Source: Nitrosospira multiformis ATCC 25196
Lineage (GTDB): Bacteria; Pseudomonadota; Gammaproteobacteria; Burkholderiales; Nitrosomonadaceae
Direction of reading: 5' to 3'
Assembly: GCF_000196355.1 (NCBI RefSeq)
Contig: NC_007614.1
Coordinates: forward strand, 2,040,001 to 2,072,000
DNA: 32,000 bases
Position 1 is the stretch's first letter. Each line of letters starts with the position of its first letter. This document shows positions 1 to 6,356 of the stretch, piece after piece. Under the pieces are notes generated by a model. The model was given only the letters and a program-made list of their open reading frames with translations, was not told the DNA's origin and ran no database searches. Made by a program: the position numbers and the translations under genes.

Positions 1-379
1 TCATATATACATCAAGGCTGAGGAGCTCGAAAGTAAAAATAATACGGCTTGCAGAGGTGGGGGTAACGGGCTCGAAAAGGTAATCGCACCGATACGGATT
101 AGAAACGCCCTCAAAGCAAACGTGCCGACCTAGCTGAAATACTGTAACCCTGAATGTAGACTCCGAGCGCCTCCCCTGATCGATACGAACTTGACGACAC
201 GTCGTTCCTATTCGCACCGGTCCATCCGTCAACGGAATCAACTCTACAACTTCCCGCGACCACTTGGGATAGTTCACGAGTAAATTAGGGCCAACAAAAT
301 CGAAAACTTCTGTGGCCGGCCGCTGGATCACGGCGTCAGCTTTACCTGCCACGGGGGTGTCCTTAAGCAAACCGAACAT
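1..379 (-). CDS. SRPBCC (START/polyketide-cyclase-like) family protein, 3' end cut by window edge
   Basis: My own minus-strand translation from ATG 379-377 (GGAG 9 nt upstream) gives MFGLLKDTPVAGKADAVIQRPATEVFDFVGPNLLVNYPKWSREVVELIPLTDGPVRIGTTCRQVRIDQGRRSESTFRVTVFQLGRHVCFEGVSNPYRCDYLFEPVTPTSASRIIFTFELLSLDVYM. The frame stays open to position 2 with no stop, which is why it is absent from the ORF track. The pattern (RPxxEVFDFV, NYPKW, F.VT.F, Y.FEP) resembles SRPBCC proteins. Confidence 0.55.
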   Translation of the reverse strand, partial: MFGLLKDTPVAGKADAVIQRPATEVFDFVGPNLLVNYPKWSREVVELIPLTDGPVRIGTTCRQVRIDQGRRSESTFRVTVFQLGRHVCFEGVSNPYRCDYLFEPVTPTSASRIIFTFELLSLDVYM

Positions 380-478
380 AAAACTGACTCCGCTGTGTAA
401 TATCGATCAACTCCATTTCCACCCCAGTGAGTAACTCAGGACTGGCCGAAGCTTCCCCATATGGTAATTTCGTCAGAA

Positions 479-1273
479 TTATGTAAGACAGGGGAGATAA
501 GCTTCTATCATTGCAGATGACCCGGCAATAATCCCCTTCGAATGGATCGTCCATTCCATGCCCTCGTAATCAACCACTTTTCCTCCCGACACCCTCACCA
601 TGCAGACACCTGCAACCATATCTGCCGCTTTGGTCGAAGGACGAAAAAACAGGTCGAGCCTTCCCGCTGCCACTTCGGCCAGCGATAAAACAGGAACTCC
701 CAATACTTTTACTGCGCGCGCCTGTTGCAATATACGCGAAAGCTGCCCAAGTGTTTCCGGGCGCGTATGCATTTCAGAGGAAAAATCGAGTCCCACAACC
801 GCGTTTGCCGGTTCGGGCGAACTCCTTACCCGGGTAACTTCTCCATTTATTTTTAGCTGATGTTCTTCCTGTGCGCTATATAAGGTGTCATGGATGGGAT
901 CGTAAATGACGCCGAGAACAGGTTTTCCGTTGCGTAGAAGCCCGATGGAGACGGCAAGAAGTGGCGGATATCCCGTCATGTTTTCAGTCCCATCCAACGG
1001 ATCGACGACCCACTGGTCGCCCTGCTCGATAATGATTCCCCCGCTCTCTTCTCCATAAAAATGGCACGGGTGGAGTTTTAGAAGCGTTTCTTTCAGGAAT
1101 TGTTCGGATTCTCTGTCCGCAATGGTTACCACCTGCCGCCGGGACTTGAATTCACACCCCACACCTCGAGTATAGTGCGCTCTGATAATGCTCCCGGCTG
1201 ACCTTGCCACTTGCTCTATATCTTCTATAGGAAAGTCGTGCTGGGCGAAGCTTTTAAGCTTGAGGTTTTCCAT
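479..1273 (-). CDS. Inositol monophosphatase (IMPase/FBPase-like) family sugar-phosphate phosphatase
   Basis: 264-aa ORF. It carries the IMPase metal-binding motifs GEESGG and WVVDPLDGTENM. Its start lies 6 nt after the stop of the upstream GT2 gene, making it the last gene of the 8286->479 operon. Confidence 0.85.
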   Translation of the reverse strand: MENLKLKSFAQHDFPIEDIEQVARSAGSIIRAHYTRGVGCEFKSRRQVVTIADRESEQFLKETLLKLHPCHFYGEESGGIIIEQGDQWVVDPLDGTENMTGYPPLLAVSIGLLRNGKPVLGVIYDPIHDTLYSAQEEHQLKINGEVTRVRSSPEPANAVVGLDFSSEMHTRPETLGQLSRILQQARAVKVLGVPVLSLAEVAAGRLDLFFRPSTKAADMVAGVCMVRVSGGKVVDYEGMEWTIHSKGIIAGSSAMIEAYLPCLT

Positions 1274-1279
1274 ACGCGC

Positions 1280-2086
1280 TCATAACACCAGCTCTTTCGG
1301 AATATCGAAATTTCTGTTGACTACAGTGGTTGGTGCTTCCTGATGGTAGGCCCCGGAGGGGATAAGACCACAGCCGCCGTAGCGCTTCATGACTCTCAAC
1401 TGTGCAAGAACGTCTTCACCCGCATGTTCTTGCGGCACCTCCCGCCAGAATTCGAACCCGCCGGTTTCCCGCAATTTTTCGGTGTCATACAGCACGCAGC
1501 CTCCCACCCAGGCGACCTTGTATTTCTTTTGCGTGTCGGGGGTCAGTTTCAGTTTTTCCTGCACATGCAGGATATTGGCTGCATTATGCAGGCTATAACG
1601 CTGCCAATTCGCATGCTGGGGAGTAACGATCTCGGGCTCGACGCGCCCGTGCCATAGCTCTATCGCCTGTTCCGAAGGGCGGCAATCGTCCCGATATGAC
1701 AACCCGATGACTGCCTGCCCGACAAATCCGATCTCTTCTTCCCGATGCGCCTGCAGCATGTTTCCCAGAACGAAAGATTCCAGCAGAATGTCATCGTCGA
1801 GGTAAAGACAGTATGACGAATCGATCGTATCCAGCAGGAATTGCCGTTGTTGGGCCAGGCCGCGACGCGGCAGATTGGTCAGCTGCTGAACCGCATGGCC
1901 TTTTTTTTCCAGCAGGCGGATTGCTGTCTGCACAGAGGCATCCCTATAGACTGGGAGATCGCTCTGGTCGGAGATAACGACAGCAAAATCCTGGTGTTGC
2001 TGGAAACAAAGCGCGGTAAGGGTCACCGCCAAGGCAGTAGGGCGATTGTAGGAAGGAATGGCTACGGTAACGCCTGCCCGCATCAT
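1280..2086 (-). CDS. Family 2 glycosyltransferase (GT-A fold)
   Basis: 268-aa ORF. The N-terminus VTVAIPSYNRPTALAVTL is typical of GT2, and a DxD-type motif is present (YLDDDILLE). Confidence 0.8.
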   Translation of the reverse strand: MMRAGVTVAIPSYNRPTALAVTLTALCFQQHQDFAVVISDQSDLPVYRDASVQTAIRLLEKKGHAVQQLTNLPRRGLAQQRQFLLDTIDSSYCLYLDDDILLESFVLGNMLQAHREEEIGFVGQAVIGLSYRDDCRPSEQAIELWHGRVEPEIVTPQHANWQRYSLHNAANILHVQEKLKLTPDTQKKYKVAWVGGCVLYDTEKLRETGGFEFWREVPQEHAGEDVLAQLRVMKRYGGCGLIPSGAYHQEAPTTVVNRNFDIPKELVL

Positions 2087-2220
2087 GTAGCCCTAGTTAT
2101 TGATCCGGCGAATGAACTGCGGAATGCAGTAGCAGCCCGGCTTCGTTGTCGTTTCCGCCCTGGATTGCAGACCAGAGCCGGAACGATGCAATATAAATAC
2201 AACCGGGGTTTGTGCTGGCT

Positions 2221-3447
2221 TCATACATCCTCGCCATATCGAATAGGCGGGCACATGCCATATTCATTATGCGGAGTGAAACAGGCAGCCAGTGCAGTGT
2301 CAGGAAGGCTATTGCAGGTGGGGACTGGATTCCGGAGGGGGCTTGGAATGAAGGATCCGTGTTTTCTCCGTGGTGAAACAAGCTCACCTACAGCCGCCAC
2401 TATTGCCTCCGGTGAAGCCCTGGGTGTGGAGGATCCGGGGAAGGACTGAAGCAGCTGGTTCTTTGTCCTCAGTTCCGGCAGCACCTCGAAGTAGAGCACT
2501 TTGCTTGGCACTTGCCATGGCGTGTGCTGGGGATTTGTCATCGCGTACAGTACCACCACGGGGGTGCCGACGGCGGTGGCAATATGGACAGGACCGGTAT
2601 TATTCGAGATCAAGACGGGTGCCGCTTCGACCAGGACAATCAGTTCTGCAATGGATAGCTCGCCTGCGACATTTATCGCGGCATCACTGAGCTGGCGAGC
2701 GATCTGGTCTACATAATCGCGCTCGCTGCCGCTGCCTGTGAGCAGGATCTTATAGCCTTGCCTGATGAGCGATTGGCAGGCCGTTATATAATCTCTGGCC
2801 GGATAAAGACGCTTTTCTTCACTGACGCCCGCATGCAGCACCAGCCAGCCCATACCTGCCCGGATGCCGGCTACATTTAATATCTCCCATACCCTGTCCG
2901 TTGCTTCTTTCCGCGTTTCCTCTGGAATTTTCAGCAGGAGCCGGGTATCGGAGGTTTTTGCGCCGGCCATCTCGACCAGGCGAAGCTGCCGTTCGACCTC
3001 GTGGACGACGTAGTCCAGCGGTTCCCTGTCCGGCACCCACTGATTGATAAGCTGGTAAGGATTCTCGCGGCAATAGCCCAGAACGGCTTTGATACCCGCC
3101 AGATAGCACAACATGCCAGCCGGCAACGGGTTCTGGCTATAGACTGTAAAGATTACTGCGGCATCAAGCTGAAGGGCTAGCAATTCGCCGGCAAGCGCCA
3201 GCAACCGTTGCGCTCCATTGGTTTCGGTCGTCTTTACCCAGGGAACATCGAACGGAATCGTTTCGTCCACTTCCGGAATGAAGGGAGCAATGCATGCTCC
3301 CGCGGTGGAAGTCAACAGAGTGATTTTTCTGCCCGGAACCGATTCCTTGAGCGCCCGCATCGCCGGCTGGCTCATCAGCACATCGCCCATGTTGTCCGGG
3401 CGAACGCATAATATGTTCCTGTAATTTTTCCAGGCTCCGGCAAACAT
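2221..3447 (-). CDS. Family 9 glycosyltransferase (ADP-heptose-dependent heptosyltransferase-like) with an atypical ~50-aa C-terminal tail
   Basis: 408-aa ORF. It shows the N-terminal GT9 signature ILCVRPDNMGDVLMSQPAMRALKE and the C-terminal nucleotide-sugar half (ISNNTGPVHIATAVGTPVVVLY). Family-like sequence ends near ...PEAIVAAVGELV. The remaining tail (to 2221) is low-complexity, so the true stop is uncertain. Confidence 0.8.
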   Translation of the reverse strand: MFAGAWKNYRNILCVRPDNMGDVLMSQPAMRALKESVPGRKITLLTSTAGACIAPFIPEVDETIPFDVPWVKTTETNGAQRLLALAGELLALQLDAAVIFTVYSQNPLPAGMLCYLAGIKAVLGYCRENPYQLINQWVPDREPLDYVVHEVERQLRLVEMAGAKTSDTRLLLKIPEETRKEATDRVWEILNVAGIRAGMGWLVLHAGVSEEKRLYPARDYITACQSLIRQGYKILLTGSGSERDYVDQIARQLSDAAINVAGELSIAELIVLVEAAPVLISNNTGPVHIATAVGTPVVVLYAMTNPQHTPWQVPSKVLYFEVLPELRTKNQLLQSFPGSSTPRASPEAIVAAVGELVSPRRKHGSFIPSPLRNPVPTCNSLPDTALAACFTPHNEYGMCPPIRYGEDV

Positions 3448-3461
3448 TTTGATTTTCCGGC

Positions 3462-4937
3462 CTAGGCAACCTGTTTGTCCATGCTTTTGATCCTGGATAT
3501 GATGTTTGTCGTGGATCGGTCCTGAACAAAAGGCATGATTTCCACTTTTCCGCCGTATGCCCGGACAACCGGCGCTTCGGGAAGCGTTTCGATCGTATAG
3601 TCACCGCCTTTTACATACAAACTTGGCTGAATGACTTCGAGAAGATTGACCGGCGTGTCTTCTTCGAATGACGTCATGAGTGTTACCGACTCCAATCCCG
3701 AGAGGATGCGGATACGTTCATACAGGTTGTTGATGGGGCGATTGCTCCCCTTCAGACGTTTTATACTCGCATCGGAATTGAGGCCGAGCACCAGAACGTC
3801 ACCCAGAGCCCGTGCTTGCTCGAGATAGCTGACATGGCCGCTATGAAGGAGGTCGAAGCACCCGTTGGTAAACACGATGCGCTTGCCTTCTTTTCTGAAC
3901 GCATCCAGACGATTATCCAGGGCTTGCCAGTCCGCGACATATTTACTGCTGCTTCCCAGGTAATGCCGCAGTTCGTTCTGAGTGCAGGTGGCGGTGTGGG
4001 ATTTTTGAAGTATCACCATCGCGGCAGACTTGGCAATCTCACCCGCCACCTCAATAGATGATCCGCTGGCGAGAGCCAGCGTGAGCGCGCCTGCATAGGT
4101 ATCCCCTGCTCCGGCTGCCCGGGTGTTCTCTACCGGTTTGGAGAAGGTGCGATAAGGCTCCTTGCCGTGCTGAAACAGCAATGCGCCTTCGACATCGATG
4201 GTAGCCGCAACATATTTCGTTCCGGTTTTTTTGAGCAGCTTTTGTCCGTAGAGCCTGATCTGCTCCGAACGCTGGCCCACAGGCGCCGGTTCCGTGATGG
4301 CAAGCAGCGTGACGAGTTCCTGATAGTTCGGCTTGGCCACGGTCGCCCCAACCCGGCTGTATTTATCGAGCGATTTTGCGTCGATTACCAGAGTGTTTTC
4401 CTTTTTTTTCTGCAAAGCACGCAGAGCATCGATCACTGGGTCCGTGAGAATGCCATAACCATAATCGGAAACAACGACAGCATCCATCTCATGAAACTTT
4501 TCGTTCAGGGTATCGATCATCTGCTGCTCGTGCTTGTTGCATACCCGCTCTGTCGTGCCGGCATCAAAACGCACCAGCAGTTGGGTACCTGCGGCGACAC
4601 GCTGTTTGGTAAGCGTTCGACGGGCCGGATCGCAGATAACCAGGGAAATGTCGAGGCCATGACTGACGAGCGATTCTTTCAGCAACTCGGCCTCGTGATC
4701 ACATCCGACAACCGAAAGATAGTGGACTGTGGCACCCAGTTGTGCCAGATTTACTGCCGTATTAGCCGCTCCTCCCGGCACTGCCTTGACATCCCTGATA
4801 TCCACGATGGGAACAGGCGCTTCCCTGCAGATACGGTTTGCCGCCCCGTCGAGATAAACATCGAGCATCGCATCGCCGATTACAAGTACATTCAAACCGC
4901 TAAAGCGATCGATAGTGGCAAGATAACTGCTGTTCAT
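3462..4937 (-). CDS. hldE: Bifunctional D-beta-D-heptose 7-phosphate kinase / D-beta-D-heptose 1-phosphate adenylyltransferase
   Basis: The N-terminal half is a ribokinase-like domain (VLVIGDAMLDVYL..., PGGAANTAVNLAQLG). The C-terminal half is a cytidylyltransferase domain with the HxGH motif (FTNGCFDLLHSGHVSYLEQAR). I moved the start to the internal ATG at 4937 (MNSSYLATIDRF...) because AGGAGG lies 4-9 nt upstream. The ORF-track start at 5069 adds 44 non-homologous residues. Confidence 0.9.
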   Translation of the reverse strand: MNSSYLATIDRFSGLNVLVIGDAMLDVYLDGAANRICREAPVPIVDIRDVKAVPGGAANTAVNLAQLGATVHYLSVVGCDHEAELLKESLVSHGLDISLVICDPARRTLTKQRVAAGTQLLVRFDAGTTERVCNKHEQQMIDTLNEKFHEMDAVVVSDYGYGILTDPVIDALRALQKKKENTLVIDAKSLDKYSRVGATVAKPNYQELVTLLAITEPAPVGQRSEQIRLYGQKLLKKTGTKYVAATIDVEGALLFQHGKEPYRTFSKPVENTRAAGAGDTYAGALTLALASGSSIEVAGEIAKSAAMVILQKSHTATCTQNELRHYLGSSSKYVADWQALDNRLDAFRKEGKRIVFTNGCFDLLHSGHVSYLEQARALGDVLVLGLNSDASIKRLKGSNRPINNLYERIRILSGLESVTLMTSFEEDTPVNLLEVIQPSLYVKGGDYTIETLPEAPVVRAYGGKVEIMPFVQDRSTTNIISRIKSMDKQVA

Positions 4938-5025
4938 GCTGCCTCCTTTTACCTGGAATATGTCGCCCTGCAAGCTATACGGGGTCAAAGCAAATTCCAG
5001 GGAGCAATCGGGAAAACTGCCAGTA

Positions 5026-5634
5026 TCAGCAGTGTGCAACCTCCGTGCGCACGGCACCGCAATTGGCACCCTGACAAATAATTTCCGCTGCTTCCATCCA
5101 ATCCGTTACCGAATACACAGGTTCTCGATCATTGCCCTTTACCCACTCCGTCTCGTTACCGTTATCCAGATGAATCGTGCGGCAACCCGCACGATTTCCC
5201 GCTTCCACGTCGTTCAGGATATCGCCGATCATCCAGGAGGCCTGCAGGTGCACGCCCTGATCTTTGGCAGCCTTTAAAATCATTCCCGGCATCGGCTTAC
5301 GGCATCGGCAACCATCGCCCGGCGCGTGCGGGCAGTAATAAAAAGCGTCGATGGAAACATCATATTGCGCGAGCAAGGACTGGATGCAGCGGTTAACAGG
5401 AAACAAATCCTTTTCCTCGAACAAGCCCCGGGCGATCCCGGATTGATTGGAAATGACGACCAATTTATAACCCGCATTTTTCATATTCCGGAGAGCTGGA
5501 CCCGCACCCACGGTCAACCGGATATAGCGCGGATCGACGTTGTAGGGCACGTCGTGAACAAGTGTGCCGTCCTTGTCGATAAACACGGCCTTTCCAGGTG
5601 CAGTTTCTTCAGTTTTCTTAGCCACTACGGCCAC
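5026..5634 (-). CDS. gmhB: D-glycero-D-manno-heptose 1,7-bisphosphate phosphatase (HAD superfamily)
   Basis: It carries the HAD motif I FIDKDGTL and the GmhB zinc-loop signature YYCPHAPGDGCRCRKPMPGM. There is no in-frame ATG near the domain start. Candidate GTG starts at 5634 or 5625 overlap the TAG stop (5625-5627) of the upstream SDR gene. The rest of the 335-aa ORF-track frame overlaps the SDR gene and is rejected. Confidence 0.85.
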   Translation of the reverse strand: MAVVAKKTEETAPGKAVFIDKDGTLVHDVPYNVDPRYIRLTVGAGPALRNMKNAGYKLVVISNQSGIARGLFEEKDLFPVNRCIQSLLAQYDVSIDAFYYCPHAPGDGCRCRKPMPGMILKAAKDQGVHLQASWMIGDILNDVEAGNRAGCRTIHLDNGNETEWVKGNDREPVYSVTDWMEAAEIICQGANCGAVRTEVAHC

Positions 5635-6356
5635 GATGTCTCCCGCATCGGGAGAACCATAACTTCGGGAATCACCGTTTCGTCGGGTTGTGTCAGGACA
5701 AAGTGCACGGTGTCCGCCACGTTTTTTGGATCCTGGAGGACGTTTGGATCGGTATCGGGGAACCTGTCCATGATGAAAGGCGTGCGCATGCCGCCTGCTA
5801 TCACCGCAGTGACCTTGATATTGTCCCGGCGTCCTTCCGCATGCAGGGCATGACTGAAACCGAGCAGGCCCCATTTGCTTGCGTGGTAGGCACTGGCCTC
5901 CGTCCAGACCCGCTTCGCGGCTGTCGAGGCAATGTTGACGATATGACCCCTGCCCTGACGCTTGAGAAGCGGATAGACAGTTTTCGACAACAGGAAGGGA
6001 CCGCATAAGTTGACGTCCACCACCCGGTCCCAATCGGTCACGCTTAAATCTTCAATCCCCAGGGTCATGTCAGTACCGGCGTTGTTGATCAGGATATCGA
6101 TGCGGCCATGCTCGGCCATGATGTCATCGACAGTCTGCCGGATACCCTCCGCGTTGCGTACATCCAGCACGAATGGATAAGCAGCGCCGCCCCCGTCGTT
6201 AATGGCCTGGGCCACGTTTTTCACCTTGTCTTCCTTGATATCGCAGGCGCAGACGACCGCTCCTGCCGCGCCGAGCGTGTTTGCTATCGCCTCGCCCAAC
6301 CCCTGGCCTGCGCCCGTGACAATAACGACTTTGTCAGTCACACTTTGTTGATTCAT
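5625..6356 (-). CDS. Classical short-chain dehydrogenase/reductase (FabG-like SDR)
   Basis: 243-aa ORF with the cofactor motif TGAGQGLG, NNAG, and the catalytic YHASK (YxxxK). Its start overlaps the end of the upstream GT4-SIS gene by 23 nt. Confidence 0.85.
   Translation of the reverse strand: MNQQSVTDKVVIVTGAGQGLGEAIANTLGAAGAVVCACDIKEDKVKNVAQAINDGGGAAYPFVLDVRNAEGIRQTVDDIMAEHGRIDILINNAGTDMTLGIEDLSVTDWDRVVDVNLCGPFLLSKTVYPLLKRQGRGHIVNIASTAAKRVWTEASAYHASKWGLLGFSHALHAEGRRDNIKVTAVIAGGMRTPFIMDRFPDTDPNVLQDPKNVADTVHFVLTQPDETVIPEVMVLPMRETSWP

Noticed and set aside
363-554. 63-aa minus-strand ORF spanning the IMPase stop
   Set aside because: It overlaps the 3' end of the IMPase gene out of frame and stops just inside the start of the SRPBCC ORF, which has its own RBS and a family-like sequence.
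4938-5069. 44-codon 5' extension of hldE in the ORF track
   Set aside because: It has no homology to HldE N-termini. The internal ATG 4937 has a perfect AGGAGG and gives the canonical N-terminus.
4167-5081. 304-aa plus-strand ORF
   Set aside because: It lies entirely antisense to hldE, whose translation has unmistakable kinase and adenylyltransferase motifs. Its own sequence is Arg/Gly/Cys-rich with no motif or RBS. It is a typical shadow ORF of a GC-biased gene.
5635-6033. N-terminal ~130 aa of the 335-aa ORF-track frame containing gmhB
   Set aside because: This part overlaps the SDR gene, which has clear TGxxxGxG and YxxxK motifs in another frame. It is Arg/Gly/Pro-rich nonsense. GmhB homology begins only at ...KAVFIDKDGT, so the gene was trimmed to a GTG start at 5634/5625.
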